From assembly GCA_051453625.1 (NCBI GenBank), contig JBOZIK010000001.1:10422550-10486549 (forward strand): a DNA stretch of 64,000 bases. The letters are read 5' to 3'. Each line of letters starts with the position of its first letter. Position 1 is the first letter of the stretch. This stretch comes from Welwitschia mirabilis. Its lineage: Eukaryota. Below the pieces are notes generated by a model. The model saw nothing but the letters and a program-made list of their open reading frames with translations, did not search any database and was not told where the DNA came from. Made by a program: the position numbers and the translations under genes. Positions 1 to 13,610 of this stretch are shown one piece after another.

Positions 1-756
1 TTCTAAAACTTTCATGAACACATGAAAACCTGCAAGGATGCATGCTTGCATCTTCTTCAACATGTGGAACTCTCTAGTAATCAAAATATATCATATGTCC
101 ACCATGTTTATCATTTAGCTTTCATCACTCACTTGTATTTTCCACCTTTTAATAGCCTAATCTTGCTTTACCTTGTTACAAATCATCACCTTAAATTCAT
201 CTACTTCTTTTTATTGCATAACTTTTGGATACCTCTTTATAATGAGTTAACTTCTAAGTGGCTAAGTCTTCATCTTATATAGAAGTGCATTTTGAATGAC
301 TTCATTGAGATTCTTAATTTAAATGCTATGGAAGACTTAGGGTTAACGGACAATAGTTGTGACTATGTTAGTTGATGACCGATATGATCTTAACATGATA
401 AAAGAAATTGAGTAGGAAGGTCATCTTAATTGGGAGATGTGTCCTCCATTCACCTTTAGCAAAATGACTCCTTAGCATGTTTTTTTGGTTAAGATCATTT
501 CTTTGTTTGATCGTCTATTCATTTGGTCCTATGTTAAACTGCATTTGAGTTTTCATTAAAGTAGTTTTCGACTTTTGGGCATTTATGCTGATGAGATTAG
601 ATTTCACTTAATCTTAAGAAATTCTCATGTCAATGACCTTAAGTGTCTTATGTTATTGTGTATTAGCATCAACCATATCAAATTTGATGCTTATCCTCAG
701 CTATGAGTTTTACAATTTATCATTCCAATTATCAATCAATGNNNNNNNNNNNNNNN

Positions 757-792
<36 letters not shown>

Positions 793-2736
793 AGCCAATT
801 GATTAGAAGAAAAAGAAAAAGATTTTAAAAAAAGGGGAAAAGGAGGGAAAAAGAAAAAAAAGGGAAAAAAATCATGATGTCCTACTACAAGTGCATCAGA
901 GCAAATATTCTTGAAAAAGGCCTTTAGCAGTGTAATATGGTAGCCATGGGAACTCCACCAGGTGTTAGTTGGTCACAATCTAGCTTCAGTTTATGGATCC
1001 TTANNNNNNNNNNNNNNNNNNNNNNNNNNNNNNNNNNNNNNNNNNNNNNNNNNNNNNNNNNNNNNNNNNNNNNNNNNNNNNNNNNNNNNNNNNNNNNNNN
1101 NNNNNNNNNNNNNNNNNNNNNNNNNNNNNNNNNNNNNNNNNNNNNNNNNNNNNNNNNNNNNNNNNNNNNNNNNNNNNNNNNNNNNNNNNNNNNNNNNNNN
1201 NNNNNNNNNNNNNNNNNNNNNNNNNNNNNNNNNNNNNNNNNNNNNNNNNNNNNNNNNNNNNNNNNNNNNNNNNNNNNNNNNNNNNNNNNNNNNNNNNNNN
1301 NNNNNNNNNNNNNNNNNNNNNNNNNNNNNNNNNNNNNNNNNNNNNNNNNNNNNNNNNNNNNNNNNNNNNNNNNNNNNNNNNNNNNNNNNNNNNNNNNNNN
1401 NNNNNNNNNNNNNNNNNNNNNNNNNNNNNNNNNNNNNNNNNNNNNNNNNNNNNNNNNNNNNNNNNNNNNNNNNNNNNNNNNNNNNNNNNNNNNNNNNNNN
1501 NNNNNNNNNNNNNNNNNNNNNNNNNNNNNNNNNNNNNNNNNNNNNNNNNNNNNNNNNNNNNNNNNNNNNNNNNNNNNNNNNNNNNNNNNNNNNNNNNNNN
1601 NNNNNNNNNNNNNNNNNNNNNNNNNNNNNNNNNNNNNNNNNNNNNNNNNNNNNNNNNNNNNNNNNNNNNNNNNNNNNNNNNNNNNNNNNNNNNNNNNNNN
1701 NNNNNNNNNNNNNNNNNNNNNNNNNNNNNNNNNNNNNNNNNNNNNNNNNNNNNNNNNNNNNNNNNNNNNNNNNNNNNNNNNNNNNNNNNNNNNNNNNNNN
1801 NNNNNNNNNNNNNNNNNNNNNNNNNNNNNNNNNNNNNNNNNNNNNNNNNNNNNNNNNNNNNNNNNNNNNNNNNNNNNNNNNNNNNNNNNNNNNNNNNNNN
1901 CTTTAGCAGTGTGATCTGGTAGCCATGGGAACTCCACTAGGGTGTTAGTTGGTCACAATCTAGCTTTGGTTTGTGGATCCTTATGCTCTTGGCAGTGGTT
2001 ACACTTCCCTCATCATGATGGATGGTGTTCTCTAAACATTCCATTGGCTTGATTTTCCCATGATTCTGAAGCTAAGACTTCGTGAGCATTTAGAAAATAT
2101 TGGTCATTGAATGACAAGTTAGTAAGAACTCACTTGTTATTGTAGTCGAGAATTGGATTAAGTTATCGTTCAAATACTATATTAATACTTTACAAAATAA
2201 CCATAGGCATTGTCGTAATCACTGCCCATATTTCATGATACTCTATGCTATTTAGCATTAAACCACATATTAACAGCGTTGAACAACATTATGATCTATA
2301 CCAATGGACTTTGCTAGATTGGCATTTAGAGGTGTATAAATCAATGTTCTTTATGCCTTATTTGTTCATTTTTACCTAATATTTTCTTAGTATTCACATC
2401 TAATTACCTTAAAGTCATTATTGCATCTACTCTTACTTAATTGAGACTAATTTCACTTTTTAGTTAGCTTGTTATCTTTTAATATCTATCCCTTTTCACC
2501 TTCTATTTGACACCTTGCAATGTCGTGATCATCTATTTTGCATTGTCATCACCTCTTATCCCTTTTGCTTTACCTACCACTCTCTTATACTCTAAATACG
2601 TCCTTCTCCATTTTCATAATTATTGTAAGATGTCATTTACCCTTCTTGTTTCTAACTTGGGCATGTGTCTAAATGTTCACATGTTGTTTTGATATGGAGC
2701 TTCATTCCACTCACCTCCACATAAAAAGGGGACAAC
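1..2736 (+). mobile_element. Decayed 3' non-coding internal region of a Gypsy LTR retrotransposon, ending in a polypurine-tract-like run
   Basis: The block at 873-1003/1901-1983 resembles the reverse complement of ~60040-60150, which lies downstream of integrase in the minus-strand Gypsy element. The region ends in AAAAAGGGGACAAC followed by TATAATAG at 2737, a possible decayed TGT LTR start. No coding remnants recognised. Confidence 0.4.
757..787. repeat. (AG)n microsatellite next to an assembly gap
   Basis: Perfect AG dinucleotide run. Confidence 0.95.
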
Positions 2737-4419
2737 TATAATAGTGGTGTTCTTTCCATTAGAACTTACTCCTAGACGATAACCATAACAAAGTAAAATG
2801 CATAGAAAAATAGCCAACAATACTTAACGAAGGTTCTTGAAATAAAGTGAGGTAGCAATAGAAAGCAAAAAGCCAAGGGAAGTCATTCAAAAAGAAATAG
2901 AAAACAACGTGAATTATAAAACGGAGATCACAGAGGAAAGAAGGGAGATCAAAGAACGACATTTCAGGAGGCGAGCACACAGCTAAGAGAGAAGAACGAG
3001 AAGTGAGAGAGGACAAGTGCTTACATAGGAATGTTAAAGAGGATCAAAACGCAAAGGGGAGGCAAATGCAAATAGATTAGAGCAGAAAATGCATTAAGAG
3101 ACAAGCCAGAGGAAAAGAAGGAAGATAAAAGGGAATTATTTCAGGAAGTATCCAAATCCAACGAAAGCATAGGCACAGAAAGGAGCATTAAGAAAAGAAG
3201 GAACACCATTGTAATTATGAGACAGTGGGGAACAACGTCAACATCACAGAAGGCTAATTCAATATAACAGGGTAGATAGAAGGGCTGAGCCAACGCTAAT
3301 TTAATATAGAGAACGACAAAAAGAAACAACATCAAGAGGAGGACACGATCTGAAAATAGGGGAGTCTAAGAAGAATCAAGATGCTTAGATACAAGAAGAA
3401 GAGGATTAGAATTGAATGGGCCATGAAGGATTAGCGAATGCTACTATAAATGTTGCAACAGCAACAACAATATGCGTTTTCTAGATATGAAGTGCTTATT
3501 GCTTATACTATGAAGATGTTGGATTTTTTCTAAATTAGACTTTGCATAATCATTACTAATTCCCATTAAGAGTGAGGATGTAATTACCAAAGAAATGAAA
3601 AGATACTTAGCCCGTGGGCTACCACATGTTAGAAAGGTCCCTCGATTTGTTAGAGATCTATGTGCATAAGGGTTTTTATTCTAAGTTCCAAGTCTGTCAT
3701 TTTTACTAGTGCAAACTAACTATGTGGTAATAGGGATGAAAGTTTCGGATTTTGGGTGTTAGATAGAGACTCATCTATTTTCATCTAAGAGAAATACAAA
3801 TATGCAATAGTTAGAAAGACAAAGAGAACATTTAATAGCACTTGAAGAAGGGGTTCTTCAAAGAATAGAGGAGGATAGCAAACACAAGAGAGAGGAGGAA
3901 GGAACTCTAAAAACAGGAATAGGGGAGGCGGCCTAGGTCATCTCATCTCTTATTTTACCAAGTTTTTAATGTTTTAATGATTTCATATTTTGTGAGACCA
4001 CATTTAAATTGAGTTTATTTTAATTGGAATTTATCTTAAACTAATATTACTTTCATCAAAAAAAAAAAATCAAAAAGATACTCAAAACTTTTACCTTAGT
4101 TCTTATTTGAATGCTTCTAAATGAATTAGCTAAATTGGAGCTAAGTTAGTTTTACTTTTGTTCTATACACAAATCCTCTAAGGAGCCTTAAGTCTTAACC
4201 TTCGAATCCAAAAATAATATTATCGTTCAAAGTTCATTTGCTGTGTAGCAATTCAATAAAGTATAACTAGATCACGTATGAAACTTTAGAAACATTTTAG
4301 TACTAGGTCATAAGACAACATTAATTAGATCAAAAGAGACTTTACCTTGCCAATAATTCTCACAATGATTATGAATTAGGAGGACGGTATCAAACTTAGC
4401 CAGAAAAACACAATTATCA

Positions 4420-5660
4420 AGTCCAGTGAAAAATTATCAAATTTAGTCAAATAGTTAAATCCAATCAACCATCAAAGCTCATCAAACGCAGTCAAAATTG
4501 GTCAAACCTACTCGAACTGTCAAAGCACAATTAAATTCTGTCAAAATATAACATTCAAACCTAAAATAAAATAGTCAAGCTTTGTCAAACAGTTAAATTT
4601 AGCCAACAACATCCATTTTTACAAGACTCGGACTTGTGACTCAACTCGGCTGAGAGAAAAAACTCGTGACTCGGCCCGACTCAGAAGCCGACTCGGCGCA
4701 GACTCGGAAGTTAAAAAGAATCACTAAAGAGTCTCATTTTTTTTGCATTTTAAATACAATTTCTAGTATTTCAATGACATTTTTAGAATTCCTATACTAC
4801 ATTAAAACATTTAAACGTAAAATACATGATGCATTAACATGTGTTATAGCATAATTTTGTTCAAGATGGAAAAATAAAGTGTAAAATAAAAGTTCCAACA
4901 TCCATATTCCATATAGCCTCGCACTTGAAAAATTTTCTCCCTAAAAGAAGTGCAATTGTTGTTAGATTAGGGTAGGAAGGTGTTTTTATAAGGCAAAAGG
5001 TGANNNNNNNNNNNNNNNNNNNNNNNNNNNNNNNNNNNNNNNNNNNNNNNNNNNNNNNNNNNNNNNNNNNNNNNNNNNNNNNNNNNNNNNNNNNNNNNNN
5101 NNNTTTAAATGTAAAATACATGATGCATTAACATGTGTTATAGCATAATTTTGTTCAAGATGGAAAAATAAAGTGCAAAATAAAAGTTCCAACCTCTATA
5201 TACCATATAGCCTCGCACTTGAAAAATCTTTTCCCTCAATTGAAAAGAAGTGCAATTGTTGTTAGATTAGGGTAGGAAGATGTTTTTATAAGGCACAAGG
5301 TGGTGGGCCCACTGTTAATCAATTAAAAAAGCAATTTTTTTAAAAGAAACATTTTTTCTGCCTCAAACCCGTGTTGACTCGCACTGACTCGGGAGACACC
5401 GAGCAAGTCAGGCGAGACTCGCGAGTTTTTGATGCAAACTCGCACTCGGCGAGTTTGCACTCACCCGACTTGTGAGCCTCGAAATACTCGCGACTCGGCG
5501 AGTACTCACTTGAGACTCGGCGAGTCTTGCAACACTGACAACATCAACATCAGTGCCAAGTTCTCAAACTCAATCAAACCAAGTCAATTCAGTCAAAGTT
5601 AGTTAACAACAGTCAAACCCAATCAAACTTGGTCAAGCTTAGTTAAACTAATCAAATTAC
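4420..5660. repeat. Array of GTCAAA/ATCAAA-type motifs, probably subterminal repeats of an older DNA transposon, split by the hAT insertion
   Basis: Many gtcaaa/atcaaa/gtcaag motifs at ~4420-4605 and ~5546-5660, on both sides of the hAT element. Confidence 0.5.
4614..5537. mobile_element. Non-autonomous hAT DNA transposon
   Basis: Imperfect 17-bp TIRs (CATTTTTACAAGACTCG at 4614; CGAGTCTTGCAACACTG ending 5537; 14/17 match). Perfect 8-bp TSD ACAACATC at 4606-4613 and 5538-5545. Dense GACTCG/CGAGT subterminal motifs at both ends. No ORF. Confidence 0.92.
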
Positions 5661-7611
5661 TCATTATCGCATGACATTTGAACTAACCCACCATTTACGA
5701 AAAGAAAAATCTTGTAAACATTAAACGTTTGCCAATGCATTGTATCATTAAAAATATGATCTTCTATATATTAAATTGCTGAGATTCATATATCAACAAT
5801 GTTTGAAAGTAGGTCTGACGAATCATATAAAAACTTGATATGAAACAAACAAAAAGAATATGGCCGAAGCATTACCACAAGATTAACTGAGTCTACCACT
5901 AGAAAGGCATGTACTTCTTACCGTGCCTGTCATGAAAGTCATGGCTATGGTGAAATCATTGCCCCCTTCTCCACCTGGAACAACTCCAGATGCGAAATAC
6001 TGTTCCAAACATTATGCTTTACTTANNNNNNNNNNNNNNNNNNNNNNNNNNNNNNNNNNNNNNNNNNNNNNNNNNNNNNNNNNNNNNNNNNNNNNNNNNN
6101 NNNNNNNNNNNNNNNNNNNNNNNNNNNNNNNNNNNNNNNNNNNNNNNNNNNNNNNNNNNNNNNNNNNNNNNNNNNNNNNNNNNNNNNNNNNNNNNNNNNN
6201 NNNNNNNNNNNNNNNNNNNNNNNNNNNNNNNNNNNNNNNNNNNNNNNNNNNNNNNNNNNNNNNNNNNNNNNNNNNNNNNNNNNNNNNNNNNNNNNNNNNN
6301 NNNNNNNNNNNNNNNNNNNNNNNNNNNNNNNNNNNNNNNNNNNNNNNNNNNNNNNNNNNNNNNNNNNNNNNNNNNNNNNNNNNNNNNNNNNNNNNNNNNN
6401 NNNNNNNNNNNNNNNNNNNNNNNNNNNNNNNNNNNNNNNNNNNNNNNNNNNNNNNNNNNNNNNNNNNNNNNNNNNNNNNNNNNNNNNNNNNNNNNNNNNN
6501 NNNNNNNNNNNNNNNNNNNNNNNNNNNNNNNNNNNNNNNNNNNNNNNNNNNNNNNNNNNNNNNNNNNNNNNNNNNNNNNNNNNNNNNNNNNNNNNNNNNN
6601 NNNNNNNNNNNNNNNNNNNNNNNNNNNNNNNNNNNNNNNNNNNNNNNNNNNNNNNNNNNNNNNNNNNNNNNNNNNNNNNNNNNNNNNNNNNNNNNNNNNN
6701 NNNNNNNNNNNNNNNGCTGGGTTCCCCTCCTAAAATTGACACAGTCGAATACAACTACTGAGCATCAAAAGAAACAAATCTGTTACGGAAAGAAGTGTGC
6801 TATCTGCGTCCGGTCAACTGCATCTGCTATGGAATGAAGAGAAAGCAGATACAGTAAAGTACTCCCTCTGTTGATTTCTATAGTAGTCTGCAGCATCCTT
6901 CACAGCATTTGCTACAGGTTGTTAACACTCCCTCGGCACTGCGCTATCAGTTTCNNNNNNNNNNNNNNNNNNNNNNNNNNNNNNNNNNNNNNNNNNNNNN
7001 NNNNNNNNNNNNNNNNNNNNNNNNNNNNNNNNNNNNNNNNNNNNNNNNNNNNNNNNNNNNNNNNNNNNNNNNNNNNNNNNNNNNNNNNNNNNNNNNNNNN
7101 NNNNNNNNNNNNNNNNNNNNNNNNNNNNNNNNNNNNNNNNNNNNNNNNNNNNNNNNNNNNNNNNNNNNNNNNNNNNNNNNNNNNNNNNNNNNNNNNNNNN
7201 NNNNNNNNNNNNNNNNNNNNNNNNNNNNNNNNNNNNNNNNNNNNNNNNNNNNNNNNNNNNNNNNNNNNNNNNNNNNNNNNNNNNNNNNNNNNNNNNNNNN
7301 NNNNNNNNNNNNNNNNNNNNNNNNNNNNNNNNNNNNNNNNNNNNNNNNNNNNNNNNNNNNNNNNNNNNNNNNNNNNNNNNNNNNNNNNNNNNNNNNNNNN
7401 NNNNNNNNNNNNNNNNNNNNNNNNNNNNNNNNNNNNNNNNNNNNNNNNNNNNNNNNNNNNNNNNNNNNNNNNNNNNNNNNNNNNNNNNNNNNNNNNNNNN
7501 NNNNNNNNNNNNNNNNNNNNNNNNNNNNNNNNNNNNNNNNNNNNNNNNNNNNNNNNNNNNNNNNNNNNNNNNNNNNNNNNNNNNNNNNNNNNNNNNNNNN
7601 NNNNNNNNNNN

Positions 7612-8075
7612 AAACATTATGCTTTACTTAGCAAAGGGAACAAATTTGAACACAGTATAATGCACAAAAGTACACAGTTCATAGTTTGAGCGCTGGGTTC
7701 CCCTCCTAAAATTGTCACAGTCGAATACAACTACTGAGCATCAAAAGAAACAAATCTGTTAGGGAAAGAAATGTGCTATCTGCGTCCGGCCAACTGCATC
7801 TGCTATGGAGTGAAGAGAAAGCAGATACAGTAAATTACTCCCTCTGTTGATTTCTATAGAAGTCTACAGCATCCTTCACAGCATTCGCTACAGGTTGTTA
7901 ACACTCCCTCGGCACTGCGCCATTAGTTTCTTGTAGCCAATTCACATGATCTTCAGCAGTCAGCCAGTGCACACTCAGAGCGGCTCAAATCAAGGACTAC
8001 GTGGTCGCATTTACAAGATGCAGGGAATAGTTGTGCATATAAAAAGAAGCCAACGGTGCTTATAAAAAGAGACAT
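7612..8075 (-). other. Probable 3' UTR of the IF1-like gene
   Basis: Directly follows the TGA at 8078-8076. Retains CG/CAG sites, unlike flanking TE DNA. The polyadenylation site is not determined. Confidence 0.55.
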
Positions 8076-8093
8076 TCAGAAAGAGGAGGACTT
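8076..8093 (-). CDS. IF1-like protein, exon 2 (KSSSF-stop)
   Basis: Pyrimidine-rich acceptor ctttctcttcgctgtgtttctatgcag, then AAG TCC TCC TCT TTC TGA. In phase 0 with exon 1, giving 88 aa, a typical IF1 size. The splice is inferred; there is no transcript evidence. Confidence 0.7.
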   Translation of the reverse strand, partial: KSSSF

Positions 8094-11000
8094 CTGCATA
8101 GAAACACAGCGAAGAGAAAGTTGGTGGTATTCAAGCGTCGACACCAGGTCAATGAGAGGTTTTCATCATTCTTTATTTTTTTTAGTTTGGCTGTTGTAAT
8201 ATGAGCTTGTCTTAATTCAAAAGAATGTAGTTAAAAAAAAAAAAGGAAAAATGATTTTTTGTTTGTAAATTCCCTTTACAAAAATCTTTTTCAATAGTAA
8301 TTTTGATTTTAATATCATCAAAATCCTTTTAAAAAAAAGTCTAAGTACCTTTTTTCATCTATATTAAGAATGAAAATCTTAGTTTGAAAAAATTTAGTTG
8401 AAATTGACCTACAAGGTTTACTTTAGTTTAACAAAATAACTAGGCTTTTTGCCTTAGAAAAAAAAAAGGAAAACAAGAGTTTGTTGTTTTAGGTTAAGAA
8501 AGGCATTTTTCACATTCATTATTCTCTTAGTAAAATTTATTTTACAAAATTCTCATGTGTCATTAAATTTTAGCTATTTCACAAAGTAGACTTAGATGAG
8601 ACATTGATTTTAAAGTGCATTTCAGAAAAGAAAATAATTTACAAATATAAGGTTGTGAAAACATGGTCATAGCTGTTTGGCGCTAGAAGGAGGGCCTTAG
8701 GCAAAACACCACACAAAAAAAATCAAACATCAATTTAACGTTGTGAAATTCAGTCATAATAGTACATACTTTACTCTTTTTCAGCTTTGATCACTAAACT
8801 CGAAACTAAGGAGAAATCAACCAAAAACTACTTTCCAACTAACATTTGGTTAGTTGTATTCCTAGTGAATAATATGGTATCATCTACAAATAATACATGA
8901 CTATATTGTTTACACCCATAAACAAAGCGAATACCATGGATCTTTTTTTGATGGTGAAGATGCTTAATGTAGGCTAACAACCCTTCCATTACTAAGATAA
9001 AAAGGTAGGGAAAGTTTGGATTCCCTTGTTGTAAGCCATTGATGGTATGAAATCCTTTTGTTCGGAAACCATTAATGAGCAGGAATATAATCATTTCTAA
9101 AAAAGAAGACTTTAATTTCACTATCTAATGATCTAGGAGCTAAAAGTTTTTCAATACTTCCTTCATGCATGACTATAATATCCTATCATAAGCCTTACTA
9201 ATATCCAATTTTAGGGTTAAGGTACTTTATTTTTTTCCTATAATGGATGATTTGCTTAATTAGGAGAAATTAATCTAAAATATGTTTACTCTCCATAAAT
9301 CTAGCTCTTTCGTCAGTATTAAGGGGAGACAAATCTTTTTAACTCTTAAAGATAATACTTGAGATAAAATTGTATATAAAGAAGTTCATAGACTAATGGG
9401 TTTATACTCCTAATAGTTTGAGCATTTTAGGCTTTTGGAAGAATAATGGTTCATGTGAAATTAAACTGAAGCAAGAGTTTTTTCCTATACCAAGATTCAT
9501 TCACCATTCTAAACACATTTTCCTTGATCATGTCCCAATAATGTTTCAGAAACGTAGTTGGAACACAATCTGCTCTTGGTGCTTTATACTTTGACATGAA
9601 GAAGATCACATGTATGCTTTCCTGAATAGTTGAATGTTTATTCAAGATACAAAGATCCCATCTTATAACCTCAAAGTTATATTATTCAGTCATAAAAGTT
9701 TTCATGGTCAATGCTTTTGTTGTCACCAAGGAAATCCTTAAAAAATTTCATTGCAATTCTTTCAACATTTTTGTAATCTGTAAACTAGTTACCATTGTCA
9801 TCTCTCAGTCCAACAACCCTATTATGGTTATGCTTAACAAAGGCATAAGTGTGAAAGAAATTGGTTTATTCAAACGAAGCCTCAGGTGTGTATCCAAAGT
9901 TCATGTTGTTATTCCAGGTCGTTTCGCCATGCAAGAGTGGTTTATCTCTAAAGGCATGCCAATTAATGGAGGATCTTTGTCCCCGTTAGCTTTGTTCTTA
10001 TTTCTAAAGATAATAATACCCATTCAATGCACCCCATCCCAAATCTCTACTCTTTCGTTCAATCTACAACCTTGATATCTTTTTGAACTATGTGAATTTG
10101 ACTCACTAGTTCTCTTTTCTTTTGCTTCAAGTGGGATTAGCTTTGTTCTAGCAAATGAAGGCCTCTTTCCTTAAATAAAATGTTTCCATGTTTTATGTCC
10201 ATGACTGTCATGGATCCTAAAAAATCAACCCTTGGTAACTAGCATTTCCTATTCTTTGTGCTCTTACATGAACCATTTCGACTTTAAGATCTTAGGGGCA
10301 TAGGTATTTGTTGGACCAACATCCATGAGTATCGGTCAATGATCTAATCCAATACATTTTAGGGTCTTAGACTTCATTGTTTCAAAGGTTGAAAACCAAT
10401 CATTATCAATCATTACCCTATTACAACNNNNNNNNNNNNNNNNNNNNNNNNNNNNNNNNNNNNNNNNNNNNNNNNNNNNNNNNNNNNNNNNNNNNNNNNN
10501 NNNNNNNNNNNNNNNNNNNNNNNNNNNNNNNNNNNNNNNNNNNNNNNNNNNNNNNNNNNNNNNNNNNNNNNNNNNNNNNNNNNNNNNNNNNNNNNNNNNN
10601 NNNNNNNNNNNNNNNNNNNNNNNNNNNNNNNNNNNNNNNNNNNNNNNNNNNNNNNNNNNNNNNNNNNNNNNNNNNNNNNNNNNNNNNNNNNNNNNNNNNN
10701 NNNNNNNNNNNNNNNNNNNNNNNNNNNNNNNNNNNNNNNNNNNNNNNNNNNNNNNNNNNNNNNNNNNNNNNNNNNNNNNNNNNNNNNNNNNNNNNNNNNN
10801 NNNNNNNNNNNNNNNNNNNNNNNNNNNNNNNNNNNNNNNNNNNNNNNNNNNNNNNNNNNNNNNNNNNNNNNNNNNNNNNNNNNNNNNNNNNNNNNNNNNN
10901 NNNNNNNNNNNNNNNNNNNNNNNNNNNNNNNNNNNNNNNNNNNNNNNNNNNNNNNNNNNNNNNNNNNNNNNNNNNNNNNNNNNNNNNNNNNNNNNNNNNN

Positions 11001-13610
11001 NNNNNNNNNNNNNNNNNNNNNNNNNNNNNNNNNNNNNNNNNNNNNNNNNNNNNNNNNNNNNNNNNNNNNNNNNNNNNNNNNNNNNNNNNNNNNNTCGTTA
11101 TCAATCATTACCCTATTACAACAAACGTTTTAGAATCTATTTGCCTATTATCCCATGTGTATGTGCCTCCTTCTATACAAACATCTAACAATCCAATAAG
11201 AGACTGCATTCAAAACTTTTAAAGTTCCTTGATGCCATCAATTATTACTACCCAATTTCTCGTCGTTGCTTATAACATTGTTAAGGTGTCCTATAAATGG
11301 TGTAGGTTTACCCCATCTAATGACTCTATGTGGAATGTCTTATCAAAAGGAGATCTTATCTTTGAACCATATAGGCCTATATATATTTACCAAAAGGCAA
11401 CTATTATTCATAATGACAGTAAAAAATTCGATATCAAGTTCTAAAAATCTACCTTTCACTCTTTTTTTTTTTTTTGAAGTGTCCCTAATATATTAGAATG
11501 ACCATTTGCCTCCTCACATACAAATCCAAAAACTTTCAAGTGTTTTGTATACTATTGCAATCATTAATTTGAGTTTTCTGCAAACACAAAAATATAGATC
11601 ATGATACATACATCGGTCCTTCATGGTTCCTTAACATGGGAGGTTATTACAACCTTTCCTGTTACATGACTGGATCCTCATTTTCTTGAGGAAGATGAGG
11701 TTCCTCCTCAACCATTTTGTAGCTCATATAGTGGTGGGTTAATTGATATTGCAAGCTTTTTAATGTTGCGATCCAAAATTTATAGTCCTTCAGGAAAATT
11801 GCTAAGCCTGAATAACAATTTTATCCTTCCATATATCAAAATATTAAGACAGTATTCAAGTTTTCTACATCTCTATTACTGTCAACATCCTCTACCATCC
11901 CCTTAAGTTGTCTCTTTTCCTCAATCCACCACACCACAAGCTTTTTTTCAATTGCATTCGAATGTTCTTCTTTAGCAGAATTTTCATCATTAAAACTCGT
12001 TATTACTTTGAAACAGCTTTATTTTGGTTACGATGATGTCCTATTTAGTAACAAATCATCATCATTATTATTATGTTAGGTTATACTATCTTTACACCCT
12101 TCTCATAGACTTCTTAATTTTGTACGTACTTAGGTACGCTAAATGTTTTTAAAGGTTAATATTAAATCTCTATTTAGGTTTAAACACCCTTTCCAAAACA
12201 TTTAGTGACTATAACCCTTTAAATATAGATATTAAACTCAAAACTTTTAATGACCATACTTGCCTTAAAAGCACAACCACCATGGTTCCTAAACAAATAA
12301 TTGAACTATGAATGCTGAAATCAGAACTCTATCGGACCTCCTCTCTAAGGTTTACTTGCCTTAAAAGCATAACTACCATGATTGCTCAAAAAAATAATTT
12401 TAATTAAACCCATGGCTTTATAATATGCCCATTAAGTCATTTAAAGGTTCAAACCTGTTCCCTCTTGAATGAAGAATGAATATCCCATTAATTAGACTAT
12501 CATACCCAACCCTTAAAGATATGACTTCTAGCTCTCTTTAATGTATGAAAAGATGCATAATGTATTTCTATAGACATTTTTCTTTTTGCAATCATATGAT
12601 TTTTACTTTCCAATATTATTTTCCCCTTCAAAAAATACAACTCATGTTATGAAACAAAACATTAAAGCCTTTCAATTTCTTTTTTACGTTAAAAGGTAAA
12701 ATTCATATTATGAAACAAAAAGGACATAATAAAATGAAGATTTTACTCTTGCCATGTTACATGTTTACTTCTCATTTGATTCTTGATTCTTATGTAGTTG
12801 AAATTTTGAATAACTCCTATAGTAAAACGAAGCTTTTACATTTTCACATCTTATATGTTTAATTCTCGTTTGATTTGATTCTTGTCTAATTGAAATTCTA
12901 AAATTATTCTTCTTTAATTCTTGTTTTGAGTAACTTTCATGATATTTACTGTCTCGCTAATTTGATGACAGATTGAGCATATAATCATTCGTATAATGTT
13001 TTGTTAAGGAATGAGCATATAAGTTTTGTCCTGCCTTATAATTATGAAGGAAACATACCGCTTCGACATACAACTTACAATATGAATTGTAGTTTAAACC
13101 ATACTTCAAACAACACACCATGCCTTATCCTAGATTTGGATAGGTTATTTGATCCTCATGTATAAGTCCTCAAGCTTATGAGGCACCCTTTTTAGCCCCC
13201 CAATATTCACATTCAAGAAATTGCCCAGCAATGCCAAAGTATATTTCAATATAGATTTTTGTCTTTATTTTTACTATACATACAACCACATACGATCTTC
13301 ATAAACCACAACTTGAGTGTATACAAGACGGTGGCTTTAACCCCGCAAAAAACCCCAAAGACACAAAACAACGAAAACCTATATTTACAGTTATATAACA
13401 GTGAGAATCGTCTCTCAATACCGAAGAGAGTTTTTAGAACTCAAAGGCGGTTTCATGACGAAGCTTAAATCCCTTTCAAAGGATTCTCAGATGGCGCTCC
13501 TCCGCTTCTCTGCAAAAATTAAAAATAATAAGTCTCAAATTCTCAGTGAAATTCACTCGCAGAAGTCTGTTTTGCGTCGAGGAATCGAAGAAACGGCAAA
13601 AGAACCAAAC
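8094..13610 (-). other. 5.5-kb GT-AG intron of the IF1-like gene
   Basis: Donor CAG|GTTTGG at 13610 and acceptor TGCAG| at 8094. Contains a decayed LINE. Confidence 0.65.
8828..12560 (-). mobile_element. Decayed L1-clade LINE (ORF1 remnants, APE endonuclease, RT), 3'-truncated, inside the intron
   Basis: Minus-strand peptides: MRIQSCNRKG (APE start, ~11681), KAPRADCVPTTFLKHYWDMIK (KAPGPDG-like), GLQQGNPNFPYLFILVMEGL (GLRQGDPLSPYLF-like) and HVLFVDDTILF (FADD-like). Weak ORF1-like EPWW near 12280. Many stops and frameshifts. Confidence 0.88.

Noticed and set aside
9704-10075. Plus-strand ORFs 9704-10075 and 61416-61832
   Set aside because: Antisense shadows of LINE ORF2 and Gypsy integrase.
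13476-13610. C-terminal 44 aa of the 127-aa ORF
   Set aside because: Lies past a phase-0 splice donor, is intron-like and shows no IF1 similarity. The overlapping ORFs 13401-13652 and 13553-13762 are shadow frames.
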